From Minisyncoccota bacterium (lineage in GTDB: Bacteria; Patescibacteriota; Minisyncoccia; Phycocordibacterales; XYD1-FULL-46-19): a DNA stretch of 64,000 nucleotides. The notes beneath the pieces were generated by a model, which worked only from the letters and a program-made list of their open reading frames with translations, had not been told where the DNA came from and did no database searches. A program made the position numbers and the translations under genes. The stretch lies in assembly GCA_041665625.1 (NCBI GenBank), contig JBAYIK010000004.1, forward strand, positions 26,503 through 90,502, in the 5' to 3' direction. This document shows, piece by piece, positions 52,987 to 62,905 of the stretch (its first letter is position 1; every line of letters starts with the position of its first letter).

Positions 52987-54129
52987 ATGGTTAACAAAAA
53001 GACTCTTCGGACTTGGGTAGAAATCGACAAGAAGGCCTTGGCACATAACTATAAGATGTGGCGATGCTTTATCGGCCCCAAGAAGAAACTCCTTTCGGTT
53101 ATTAAATCTAATGCTTATGGCCATGGCCTTGTTGATTGCGCTAGGATTTTCTCCAAGCTTGGCACTGATTGGTTAGGAGTAGATGCCATAGAAGAAGCTC
53201 TCGTCTTGAGGCAAGCGGGGATCGAGAAACCGATCTTGGTCTTGGGCTATACTTGCCCAGCTAATTTTGCCCTAGCGGTTAAAGATAATATTACTATCAC
53301 CATCTCCTCTCCCGAATCTCTTAAGGAACTTCTCTCTTTTGATAAAAAACTCTCTAGTCGGCAGGCTCTCAACTTCCAACTCAAGGTAAATACCGGCATG
53401 AATCGCCAAGGCTTCTCTGTCTCTGTTTTGTCTCGAGTCCTTGAAGTTGTCTCTCGTTTAAAGAAAAGTAACTTAGTTGGTATGTATAGTCATCTGGCTA
53501 GTCCTTGTAGTAAGGAAAATGAAGAGAGAACTAAGAACCAAGTCAAATTGTTCAAACAAGCGGTAGAAATTATCGACAATGCTGGCTATGGCAAGATAAT
53601 TAAACATCTTTGTGCCACGGGGGCTACCACCTTTTTCCTAAACGACTCTTTTGACATGGTGCGAGTGGGTCTCGGCTCTTATGGTCTCTGGCCTGACGAG
53701 TCGGCTAAGAAATATCTCGCTAAGAAAGCTAAGCGGTTCTCTCTTAAACCGGCTCTTACTTGGAAGGCGGTGGTGAGCGAGATTCACGGAGCTAAGAAAG
53801 GGGAAGCGGTCGGTTATGATTTTACCCATGTTTTCAAAAAAGATTCTAAGCTAGCGATCTGTGCCGTGGGTTATTGGCACGGCTATAATCGCATTCTCTC
53901 TAACCGAGGTTATGTGATGATAAAGGGTAAAAAGGCCCCGCTGGTTGGTCGCGTCTCAATGGATATGATTATTGTTGATGTGACCAATATCCCCCAGGCT
54001 AAAGTTGGAGATGAGGTTGTGATTATGGGCCCTGGTATTAGCGCCTATGATTTTGCCAAACTCTCCAATACTTCGCCTTATGAAGTTATCACTCGCATTA
54101 ATCCTGATATCCCGAGACTTTATATTTAA
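52987..54129 (+). CDS. alr: Alanine racemase.
   Basis: PLP-lysine motif VIKSNAYGHG. Length matches Alr. Confidence 0.9.
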   Translation: MVNKKTLRTWVEIDKKALAHNYKMWRCFIGPKKKLLSVIKSNAYGHGLVDCARIFSKLGTDWLGVDAIEEALVLRQAGIEKPILVLGYTCPANFALAVKDNITITISSPESLKELLSFDKKLSSRQALNFQLKVNTGMNRQGFSVSVLSRVLEVVSRLKKSNLVGMYSHLASPCSKENEERTKNQVKLFKQAVEIIDNAGYGKIIKHLCATGATTFFLNDSFDMVRVGLGSYGLWPDESAKKYLAKKAKRFSLKPALTWKAVVSEIHGAKKGEAVGYDFTHVFKKDSKLAICAVGYWHGYNRILSNRGYVMIKGKKAPLVGRVSMDMIIVDVTNIPQAKVGDEVVIMGPGISAYDFAKLSNTSPYEVITRINPDIPRLYI

Positions 54130-54140
54130 AATTACCAATC

Positions 54141-54172
54141 AAAAAACCAGCCGGTGTAGGGACTGGTTTTTT
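54141..54172. terminator. Intrinsic terminator between alr and hup.
   Basis: A-run, a short stem ACCAG pairing with CTGGT, then TTTTTT. Confidence 0.45.
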
Positions 54173-54203
54173 GATTGAGCTTTTTGAGCTCGAGGAGGAA
54201 AGA

Positions 54204-54476
54204 CTATTTAACAGCGTCCTTCAAGGCCTTAGCAGGCTTGAATTTTGGCACATTCATAGCAGGAACATGCACGGCCTCACCGGTGCGAGGATTACGAGCC
54301 TCACGAGCCTTGCGGGCCTTAACAGCGAAGATACCGAGACCGGCGATAGAGACGTCATTACCTTTCTTAAGGCTTGAGATGATCGCATCGATCATTACGT
54401 CGACGGCTTTCTCAGCGCTGGCTTTGGTGCCACCGAGAGCTTCGGCCACGACTTCGACAATTCCTTGCTTGTTCAT
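54204..54476 (-). CDS. hup: HU-family DNA-binding protein.
   Basis: MNKQGIVEVVAE...RNPRTGE matches the HU signature. Confidence 0.9.
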   Translation of the reverse strand: MNKQGIVEVVAEALGGTKASAEKAVDVMIDAIISSLKKGNDVSIAGLGIFAVKARKAREARNPRTGEAVHVPAMNVPKFKPAKALKDAVK

Positions 54477-54589
54477 AGTGTTGTTATTTAGTTAAATTTG
54501 AAACAACTTATAATGAGGCCATTATAATATAAGGCTATTTTAGGGGCAAGCTCTCAAAGTGATTATCTTTACCCTTGACACAACCTCAA

Positions 54590-56581
54590 TTACATCATTG
54601 AGATCAAGAACGGGATGATGAGAAGGGCGACAATGTTCAAGATTTTGATCATCGGGTTGATGGCCGGGCCAGCGGTATCCTTGTAAGGATCACCAACGGT
54701 GTCACCAGTAACGGCGGCCTTGTGAGCATCGCTACCTTTACCCCCATGATTACCTAACTCAATATATTTCTTAGCATTATCCCAAGCACCACCACCGGAG
54801 GTCATGGAGATAGCAACGAAGAGACCTGTCACAATACTTCCTACTAAGAGACCACCCAAGGCAACTGGGCCTAAGATGAAGCCGACGAGGACAGGAGCGA
54901 GTACCGGGATAAGAGCGGGGAGTATCATTTGCTTAAGAGCGGCGGAGGTTACGATGTCAACGGCTTTGGCATAATCAGGCTTAGCGGTGCCAGCCATAAT
55001 GCCAGGGATCTCACGGAATTGGCGACGAACTTCGGTGACAACTTCACCCGCAGCTTTACCAACAGCTTCCATACAAAGGGCAGCAAAGTAATAAGGGAGT
55101 AAGCCTCCAATAAAGAGACCAACAATAACTTTAGGATCAGACAAAGAGAAAACTAAGTTACCAGCTTCTTGGGTATAAGAAGCGAAGAGAACGAGAGCGG
55201 CCAGGCCAGCGGAACCAATGGCATAACCCTTGGTGACAGCTTTGGTCGTATTACCGACAGCATCGAGAGGGTCAGTGACATCACGAACAGATTCTGGGAG
55301 CTCGGCCATCTCGGCGATACCTCCAGCGTTGTCAGTGATAGGACCATAGGCATCAATGGCGACAATAATACCAGCCATCGAGAGCATGCTCATGGCGGCA
55401 ATAGCGATACCATAGAGACCAGCGAGGTCATAAGCGGCTAAGATACCAATGACGATAGAGATAAGGGGAAGAGCTGTCGACTTCATCGACATGGCGAGAC
55501 CTTGGATGATGTTGGTGCCATGACCAGAGACGGAGGCCTCGGCAATGGACTTAACAGGATAATATTTGGTTGAAGTATAGTATTCAGTAATGATAACTAG
55601 AGCACCAGTAACCAAGAGGCCAACGATAGCAGAACCAAAGAGGGCTCCAACTGAATAGAGGCCATTCTCGGCCATCATCATGTTGGTGATGAAGTAGAAA
55701 GCGACAGCGGAGATAAGGCCAGAAGCAATAAGCCCCTTATAGAGGGCGCCCATAATATTCTGAGATTTTCCCATCTTTACAAACCATGTTCCGATAATGG
55801 AGGAAATAACGGCGGCGCCACCTAAGACTAGGGGATAGATAATGGCTGGGCTCCCCGCTTTGAAGAGGGAAAGACCAATAATCATACAGGCAATAGTAGT
55901 AACGGCATAAGTCTCGAAGAGGTCCGCGGCCATACCAGCACAGTCTCCAACATTGTCTCCAACATTGTCGGCAATAACGCCAGGGTTCCTAGGATCATCC
56001 TCGGGAATACCTGCTTCAACTTTACCAACTAAGTCGGTACCAACGTCAGCCGCTTTGGTAAAGATACCTCCACCAAGACGAGCAAAGATGGAGATTAAAG
56101 AAGCCCCAAAACCAAGACCGATAAGGGAGGCGACATCCTTGGTGATAGCGTAGAAACCAGCGACACCCAAGAGGGCGAGACCAACAACCAAGAGGCCGGT
56201 GACCGAACCCCCACGGAAGGCTAGGGTAAGAGCGGAGTCTAGGCCATCACGGGCCGCCTCGGTGGTGCGCACATTGGTGCGGACAGAGACGTTCATCCCG
56301 ATATAGCCAGTGGCGGCGGATAAAATCGCGCCCACCAAGAAGCCAATAGCTAGGGTGAGATTAAGGGCAATCCAGAGGATGAAGAAAAGGATAATGGCGA
56401 TAATCGCAATAGTCTTATACTGACGATTGAGATAAGCGCTCGCACCTTGCTGAATAGCGAGGGCAATTTCTTGCATGCGGGCATTACCAGCCGGCTTCTT
56501 CATGATCAAAGTAGCCAAGAAGAGACCATAAACGATAGCCAAAATGGCGGTTACGAGAGCAAAAATAATGTATGGATCCAT
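54590..56581 (-). CDS. hppA: Membrane-bound proton-translocating or sodium-translocating pyrophosphatase.
   Basis: Motif [24 protein letters not shown]. 663 aa, polytopic. Confidence 0.9.
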   Translation of the reverse strand: MDPYIIFALVTAILAIVYGLFLATLIMKKPAGNARMQEIALAIQQGASAYLNRQYKTIAIIAIILFFILWIALNLTLAIGFLVGAILSAATGYIGMNVSVRTNVRTTEAARDGLDSALTLAFRGGSVTGLLVVGLALLGVAGFYAITKDVASLIGLGFGASLISIFARLGGGIFTKAADVGTDLVGKVEAGIPEDDPRNPGVIADNVGDNVGDCAGMAADLFETYAVTTIACMIIGLSLFKAGSPAIIYPLVLGGAAVISSIIGTWFVKMGKSQNIMGALYKGLIASGLISAVAFYFITNMMMAENGLYSVGALFGSAIVGLLVTGALVIITEYYTSTKYYPVKSIAEASVSGHGTNIIQGLAMSMKSTALPLISIVIGILAAYDLAGLYGIAIAAMSMLSMAGIIVAIDAYGPITDNAGGIAEMAELPESVRDVTDPLDAVGNTTKAVTKGYAIGSAGLAALVLFASYTQEAGNLVFSLSDPKVIVGLFIGGLLPYYFAALCMEAVGKAAGEVVTEVRRQFREIPGIMAGTAKPDYAKAVDIVTSAALKQMILPALIPVLAPVLVGFILGPVALGGLLVGSIVTGLFVAISMTSGGGAWDNAKKYIELGNHGGKGSDAHKAAVTGDTVGDPYKDTAGPAINPMIKILNIVALLIIPFLISMM

Positions 56582-56707
56582 AAAATTAATAAATTACGGT
56601 TAATAATAATTGCTAAATAATCCCTGTATACTAACATATTTTGGCAATTTGGCCAGAGAAAAGAAAGCCCCCGTTTCGCCAAGGCGAAACGGGGGCTTTC
56701 TCGTTTT

Positions 56708-58237
56708 TTATCTCGCGTAATCGATAACTCTCGTTTCTCTGATAACGGTAATCTTGATTTCTCCTGGATATTTGAGCTCTTGCTCAATGCGGAGAGCGAT
56801 ATCACGGGCAATTTTGCGAGCCTCGAGGTCATTAACCTCTTCGGGTCGGATGAAGACACGGATTTCTCGACCAGCGGCAATGGCATAGGTCTTCTCAATG
56901 CCCGAGAAGGAATTGGCAATGTCTTCGAGATCCTTTAAGCGCTTGAGATAATTCTCTAAGCTATCGCGACGAGCACCAGGGCGGGAGGATGAGATAGCAT
57001 CGGCCACTTTCACAATCACCGCTTCTAAGGTCTCGTAAGGATATTCTTCATGGTGACTCTTCATCGCCGTAATGACGGCCTCTGGAGCACCAAACTTCTC
57101 TAAGATACGCTTGCCAATCTCTACGTGAGTACCGGGGATCTCATGATCAACAGCTTTGCCCAGGTCGTGTAAGAGGGCACCAGCTTTGGCCACTTGTGGG
57201 TCACCACCAAGCTCTTCGGCCAACATTCCTGCCAAGTGTGCTACTTCAATTGAGTGCTGAAGAACATTCTGGCCATAAGAGGTGCGGAAATGGAGACGAC
57301 CAAGGATAATGAGGACACGGGGATCAAGGTTCAAGACGCCAACTTCATAAGCGGCGGCTTCACCCTTCTCCTTAATGATTTTAGAAATTTCTTCGCGCGC
57401 TTTCTCGACAGTCTCCTCAATCTTAGCGGGTTGGATACGGCCATCGGCGATCAGGTTCTGAAGAGCGATGCGAGCAATCTGACGACGAACAGGGTCGAAG
57501 GAAGAGAGGACAATGGAGCCAGGGGTATCATCAATAATGACTTCAACCCCAGTCGCTTTCTCAAAGGCGCGGATATTGCGCCCCTCTTTACCGATAATCT
57601 TACCCTTAAGATCGTCAGAGGCAATATCAATAATGGTGGACATTACTTCGGTAACCGTGGAGGTGGAGAGGCGTTGTAGGACAGTACTCATAACCTCTTT
57701 GGCTTTATTCTCTAGCCGATCTGTACCCTCAGCTTCCATCTTCTTAAGGCGAGAGAGAATATCATCTTCACTGCCACGCTCTACTGTCTTAATTAATTCA
57801 GCTTTGGCTTCGTCAACTGAGAGACGACTCACACGCTCAAGCTCCTTGTTCTTAATCTCTTCGGCTTGAGAGATACGCTCTTTAATTTCTTTTACTTCCT
57901 CGATCTTCTTCTTGATCTCGTCGGCGTCACGGTCAATGTCGCCCTGTCTCTTGTCCAAGAGTTCGTCCTTGTTTAGGAGACGGTCCTCCATTTTTTTAAG
58001 TTGGGCCTCTTTTTCCTCGGCTTTAACTTTAACTTCATTAGTAATTTTGTTGGCCTCTTCTTCGGCCTCAGCGACAATTTTCTGGGCCTTGTCTTTAGCC
58101 TCGAGGAAACCTTGCTTGACCTGTAACTCCATCGAGCCCTTCTGGGCGGAGAGAATGAGGTAACGCAAAAGGTACCCTACAGCAATACCAAAGGCTCCGG
58201 TTGCTCCGGCGAGGAGGAATGCAATTTTTAAACTCAT
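56708..58237 (-). CDS. rny: Ribonuclease Y.
   Basis: N-terminal transmembrane helix, coiled coil, KH region, and HD motif LHDLGKAVDHE. Confidence 0.9.
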   Translation of the reverse strand: MSLKIAFLLAGATGAFGIAVGYLLRYLILSAQKGSMELQVKQGFLEAKDKAQKIVAEAEEEANKITNEVKVKAEEKEAQLKKMEDRLLNKDELLDKRQGDIDRDADEIKKKIEEVKEIKERISQAEEIKNKELERVSRLSVDEAKAELIKTVERGSEDDILSRLKKMEAEGTDRLENKAKEVMSTVLQRLSTSTVTEVMSTIIDIASDDLKGKIIGKEGRNIRAFEKATGVEVIIDDTPGSIVLSSFDPVRRQIARIALQNLIADGRIQPAKIEETVEKAREEISKIIKEKGEAAAYEVGVLNLDPRVLIILGRLHFRTSYGQNVLQHSIEVAHLAGMLAEELGGDPQVAKAGALLHDLGKAVDHEIPGTHVEIGKRILEKFGAPEAVITAMKSHHEEYPYETLEAVIVKVADAISSSRPGARRDSLENYLKRLKDLEDIANSFSGIEKTYAIAAGREIRVFIRPEEVNDLEARKIARDIALRIEQELKYPGEIKITVIRETRVIDYAR

Positions 58238-58469
58238 AAGCGTGCTGCCGCTCGGTATTTTTACACGGTATTTTTAGACAACGAAGGAGAAATCAAGGTT
58301 TTTTGCCTTAACTTTAAGGGGATTTGAGGTGGTAATTGATTTCTTAATCATGACCGGCTAGAGACCAAACGGACTTAAAATGTTAATGTTTCTAATAAAT
58401 TTACAACCAATTTGATTTAATATCGAATGTTTTAATGATACCAGACGAACGGCCGGCGGTCAAACTGTT

Positions 58470-58514
58470 AAAAACCAGCCACTTGGAGGTGAAACCTCCA
58501 AGTGGCTGGTTTTT
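58470..58514. terminator. Bidirectional terminator with a perfect 15-bp stem.
   Basis: A-run, then CCAGCCACTTGGAGG-tgaaa-CCTCCAAGTGGCTGG, then TTTTT. Confidence 0.65.
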
Positions 58515-58528
58515 AATTACAACATACC

Positions 58529-58582
58529 AAAAATGTTCAACATCCGATGTTGAACATTTTTCCGCTAGGCATTGCCTAGCGG
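58529..58582. promoter_or_regulatory. Two further perfect palindromes, candidate operators or terminators.
   Basis: ATGTTCAACAT-ccg-ATGTTGAACAT flanked by A and T runs, then CCGCTAGGCA-t-TGCCTAGCGG. Confidence 0.4.
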
Positions 58583-58637
58583 AAATTTTCTCCACTTCTT
58601 TTAATTACCCCAAGTTGCTATAATTTGAGGTAATTAT

Positions 58638-59480
58638 ATGGTTAAAATTACCACTCAAATTGCCCTATTCAAAGGCAAGCAAATCAGAAAGATTATTCAT
58701 AATAACGAGTGGTGGTTTTCGGTTGTGGATATTGTCGAAGCGCTAACAGATAGTTTGAAACCCCGCGTTTATTGGAACGCGATGAAAACAAGGGTTAAGA
58801 GTACTGATGGATTTCAGTTGTCTACAATTTGTCGACAACTGAAATTAGAGTCTTCTGATGGCAAAAAGTATGAGACTGATTGTGCTAACACTGAAGGTGT
58901 CTTCCGTATCATTCAGTCCATTCCATCGCCTAAGGCCGAACCTTTCAAACGTTGGCTGGCGAAAGTCGGTTATGAACGAGTCCAAGAAATCGAAGATCCG
59001 GAGTTGGCCGCCCAAAGGGCTCGGACGATTTATCGAGCCAAGGGTTATCCAGAAGCGTGGATCGAAAAAAGAATGAGGGGTATTGAAGTTAGGGAAACTT
59101 TGACCACCGAATGGAAAAATAGAGGCGCCAAAGAAAAAATTGAATTTGCGATACTAACTAATGAAATTTTGAAAGAAACTTTTGACCTGACGGCGGATGG
59201 TTATAAAAAAGTCAAAGGCCTTAAGCGAGAAAATCTTCGCGATCATATGGATGACATTGAATTAATTTTAACGATGCTAGGGGAAGCTACCACTACTCGT
59301 CTCCATCAAGACCGAGACTCAAAAGGACTTCCTTTATTAAAAAGAGATGCCAAAGACGGCGGCAAAGTAGCTGGCCGAACGAGAAAGGATATTGAGCAAA
59401 AATCCGGTAAGTCAGTAATTTCCAAAAATAATTTTAAAAAGTTAAGCCCTACTTCTCACAAATCTAAAAAATTGCTATAA
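58638..59480 (+). CDS. Bro-N domain protein, antirepressor-like or DinD-like.
   Basis: N-terminus ALFKGKQIRKIIHNNEWWFSVVDIVEALT resembles Bro-N. The C-terminal half is basic. Confidence 0.55.
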   Translation: MVKITTQIALFKGKQIRKIIHNNEWWFSVVDIVEALTDSLKPRVYWNAMKTRVKSTDGFQLSTICRQLKLESSDGKKYETDCANTEGVFRIIQSIPSPKAEPFKRWLAKVGYERVQEIEDPELAAQRARTIYRAKGYPEAWIEKRMRGIEVRETLTTEWKNRGAKEKIEFAILTNEILKETFDLTADGYKKVKGLKRENLRDHMDDIELILTMLGEATTTRLHQDRDSKGLPLLKRDAKDGGKVAGRTRKDIEQKSGKSVISKNNFKKLSPTSHKSKKLL

Positions 59481-59494
59481 TCTGAGGTAATTAT

Positions 59495-62400
59495 ATGAAA
59501 TATGAAAAATCCACTTTTTACTCCCGCCAGAGGCGGGCAAGCTCTCTCTCTCTCTCTCTCGTAATCGCCCTGGGAATTCTTTTTAGTTTCCCGTCCTTGG
59601 CGAGTGCGGCTGTTGATTGCACAAACACTGGCGTTACTGGTGTTCCTCAAATTGAATGTGAAGCATTGATGGCTTTATATAATGGCACAACAGGGTCAGG
59701 TTGGACTACTAAGACAAATTGGGATACCGCCTCTGCTATTAGTACCTGGTCTGGAGTGACCGTTTCAAGTGGTCACGTAACTGTTATAAATATTAGTAAT
59801 TATCATCTCGTTGGTTCACTTCCTGCTGAACTTGGCAATTTGACTTCTCTTATTTCTCTAACAATAAAAAGTAATTCCACTGGGCTGACAGGCTCTATCC
59901 CATCTTCTATAGGTAATCTTACTAATTTATTAGCCACAAATTTATCAGCAAACGCACTTTCTGGTAGTATTCCAACCACGATTGGTAATTTAACTAAACT
60001 CACATCTTTAAATTTATTTGGCAATCAGTTAACCGGAGCAATTCCCACTGAAATTGGTAATTTAACGAATTTGACAACATTATACTTACGTTCTAATCAA
60101 TTATCCGGAAGCATCCCTACAGAATTGACTAATTTAACAAAACTTACTTCTCTTTATCTTGATACTAACCAATTGTCAGGTTCAATCCCATCGGGTCTTT
60201 CTAGTAAATTAGTAACCCTTTGGTTAAATTCTAATCAGTTGTCGGGGGCTTTGCCTCACGATATTGCTAGCATGCCTCTTACTGGTTTCAAAATAGATAC
60301 AAATAATTTTGTGTTTAGTGACTTCGAGTCAGATTTTAGTAGCTATTGCACTAGTTCTCCTTCTTCTTTTGTGTATACGCCCCAGGCTACTGTCGACACA
60401 GTAAGATCTTTAGTTTTTAATAATGGAGATACTCTGACCATTACCTCATCTATAACATCTGGATCCTATGATTTATATCAATGGTATAAGGATGACACAA
60501 TAATTCCTGGAGCAACTTCAAGAGTTTTTACAAAAACAGCGGATGAGAGAACGGACAGTGGTGTTTATTCTTATCGAGTGACAAACAGTGTCGCCACAGC
60601 CTTAACTCTACAGTCAAATAATATAACAGTCAGCATTGCACCTAATCCTCCTGTTTCGGATAACATTTATTATATTGTCGTGAATAATGGTGTTTGGGTT
60701 AGAGGTTCTGTCTCTCCTGATAAGGACATCTCTCAATACTATGATCTTGATGCAACAGATAATCATAATGTTAATTATGGCCCCAATTACATCATAAGTA
60801 GTACCACCCCAAACAATGTCAATAGTTATGATAGCGGTACGCTTATTGGTGGCTATGATGATAGTGTTGCTCCACTCCAAACAGAAAATGTTGGTTATAT
60901 TATGACTAATCATGGATTGATTGTTCCGGTCGTTACTAGCGTTGGACATAATAAAACTAGCGCTGACATTGGCAGTCGTTGGAGTGATGGTTCGCATCAG
61001 TTTATTCTCGTTGAAATTTTAGGCAACGCTTTGACTTTTTATTCCATACCATATGGTTCCCCTTGGGCCATGTCTTATACTGTTGCTGGGGCCCTTACCC
61101 ATGTTTCTGGGGCAACTAATACTGGTAATATTACAGTTACCTCTCAGGTAGCAACTCAAATGTATCCCGTTTTGAAAAATTTAACGCATAATATTCTCGT
61201 TAATGGGGTTTCAGAAGCGACAAGTAGCGACAGCACTTATGCCGGTTATGCTGATTACATTGATATCGTAGAGGAATTTGATTTAATTGATCCATCAACT
61301 CTTGTCACCACAAATAATCCGTTTGTTTGGAACGATGCCACAAGTACTTGGATACACGTCGAAAACACCTTCAAGGTTTCCGCAGGAAAAACCATATTCC
61401 ATGCCGTCTATGAAGTTATGCGACCAATTAATTTTAATTATTTTGGGATAATTCAAACAAAACCACTTTCCTCGACTGAGCATGACAATTTGTACTATTA
61501 TGTGCCAAAAACTAAACCTATCGGAGGATATGATTTTAAAAATACGCAGTTGTTAAATTCGGCTCCAACAACAACTATTGCCTTCACCTCGCCATATATT
61601 GACGACCTTAACAGCCCCCCTGATCGTCAGACGATGTTTTTGAAGAAGAATGCTGAAAGTAATTATGATATTGGTCTTGCTTTTGGCTATAGTCCCTTAT
61701 CGTCATCTACTAGAGATTGTTTGGATTATGGTCAGGGTTGCTGGTGGATTTATACATCAAAGAAAGTATACCCCGTTTATGTTGGGGGCACAGGGGTGAC
61801 TAATAGCGGAACTTATGATGTCTATGCCTATCGTCAATGGATTGATCCTAAAATGTATAATATTAATAAAAGTGCTTATTGGAATAACCAAGACGGGCAT
61901 GACTATGTTTATGTCGATTATCATGAAAGTGTGACGGATGACATAACGGCATTACCTACATCATATGTGGGTAAAGCAATTCGGGTCGTAGAGTCAGAAA
62001 ATATTTCTCTTGCTCAGACAAACGTACCAGTCACGGGATTATCGTTATCTACGACAGGGGTAAATACCTATGGTTATGTGGTCTTGGAGCTTTATGATGA
62101 TAATGTTGCTCCCGCTGTTTCTATCTCCGCTCCCACTGAGAACTCGGTTGTCTCTGGTAACTCTGTCACTCTAACCACTAACGCTTCAGATGATATTGGG
62201 TTAGCTTCTATTCAATTCAAAATTGATGGCGTGAGCTATGGCCCCACTTCAGCCGTTAGCCCCTATTCTCTCACCTGGGACTCCACCACCGTCTCTGATG
62301 GCCCCCATAGCTTGGTGGCTGTCGCTCTTGATACCTCTGGCAACTACGCCACCTCTTCCGCTGTCACTTTCACTGTCCACAATATCCCCACCCCCTCTCA

Positions 62401-62827
62401 TTCTGGCGGTACCGTCCAAAGCCAAATCACTAACCTCCTGGCCATGGGCAACACTGAACTCGCTTCTGAACTCCAAGCCAAGTATTTCCCCGCCTCTTCC
62501 ACCGACCTCACCACCCTTAAAGCCAAACTCGCTCTTCTCCTAGCCCAAATCAAAGCTCTTCAAGACACTACTCCCACCCCCACTTTTACTTTCACCCAAG
62601 ATCTTAAACTCGGCACCAAACATCAAGAAGTTAAACTCTTACAACAATTCTTAAATACCCATGGCTTCTTAGTGGATACTACAGGGGCTGGTTCTCCTGG
62701 TCAGGAGACAACCCTCTTTGGCAAACTAACTCAACAAGCTCTTATCAAGTTCCAGCAAGCCAACAAGATTAAGCCAGCCAAGGGGTACTTCGGGCCGATT
62801 ACGCGCAAGGTGGTGGAGAAGTTTTAA
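59495..62827 (+). CDS. Large secreted surface protein of 1110 aa. It has plant-like leucine-rich repeats, Ig-like and beta-rich domains, and a C-terminal PG_binding_1-like domain.
   Basis: Signal peptide. LRR units such as LxxLxxLxLxxNxLSGSIP repeated at least 7 times. C-terminus GAGSPGQETTLFGKLTQQALIKFQ. Confidence 0.7.
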   Translation: MKYEKSTFYSRQRRASSLSLSLVIALGILFSFPSLASAAVDCTNTGVTGVPQIECEALMALYNGTTGSGWTTKTNWDTASAISTWSGVTVSSGHVTVINISNYHLVGSLPAELGNLTSLISLTIKSNSTGLTGSIPSSIGNLTNLLATNLSANALSGSIPTTIGNLTKLTSLNLFGNQLTGAIPTEIGNLTNLTTLYLRSNQLSGSIPTELTNLTKLTSLYLDTNQLSGSIPSGLSSKLVTLWLNSNQLSGALPHDIASMPLTGFKIDTNNFVFSDFESDFSSYCTSSPSSFVYTPQATVDTVRSLVFNNGDTLTITSSITSGSYDLYQWYKDDTIIPGATSRVFTKTADERTDSGVYSYRVTNSVATALTLQSNNITVSIAPNPPVSDNIYYIVVNNGVWVRGSVSPDKDISQYYDLDATDNHNVNYGPNYIISSTTPNNVNSYDSGTLIGGYDDSVAPLQTENVGYIMTNHGLIVPVVTSVGHNKTSADIGSRWSDGSHQFILVEILGNALTFYSIPYGSPWAMSYTVAGALTHVSGATNTGNITVTSQVATQMYPVLKNLTHNILVNGVSEATSSDSTYAGYADYIDIVEEFDLIDPSTLVTTNNPFVWNDATSTWIHVENTFKVSAGKTIFHAVYEVMRPINFNYFGIIQTKPLSSTEHDNLYYYVPKTKPIGGYDFKNTQLLNSAPTTTIAFTSPYIDDLNSPPDRQTMFLKKNAESNYDIGLAFGYSPLSSSTRDCLDYGQGCWWIYTSKKVYPVYVGGTGVTNSGTYDVYAYRQWIDPKMYNINKSAYWNNQDGHDYVYVDYHESVTDDITALPTSYVGKAIRVVESENISLAQTNVPVTGLSLSTTGVNTYGYVVLELYDDNVAPAVSISAPTENSVVSGNSVTLTTNASDDIGLASIQFKIDGVSYGPTSAVSPYSLTWDSTTVSDGPHSLVAVALDTSGNYATSSAVTFTVHNIPTPSHSGGTVQSQITNLLAMGNTELASELQAKYFPASSTDLTTLKAKLALLLAQIKALQDTTPTPTFTFTQDLKLGTKHQEVKLLQQFLNTHGFLVDTTGAGSPGQETTLFGKLTQQALIKFQQANKIKPAKGYFGPITRKVVEKF
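59542..59560 (+). repeat. Dinucleotide (TC)9 simple-sequence repeat inside the signal-peptide coding region.
   Basis: ctctctctctctctctctc encodes SLSLSL. Confidence 0.8.
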
Positions 62828-62840
62828 TTAAACAAAATCA

Positions 62841-62878
62841 AAAAAAAGGGGGGAAAGCTTAGCCACCCCCTTTTTTTT
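62841..62878. terminator. Bidirectional intrinsic terminator.
   Basis: AAAAAAA-GGGGGG-loop-CCCCC-TTTTTTTT. Confidence 0.6.
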
Positions 62879-62905
62879 GATTTTGCTGATGATGATGTTA
62901 AAATT

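Noticed and set aside
58401-58623. The ORF on the minus strand at 58401-58595 and the ORF on the plus strand at 58435-58623.
   Set aside because: They mirror each other across the palindromes. Both translate to ..KCSTSDVEHF.., because the DNA is self-complementary. They are artefacts of the inverted repeats.
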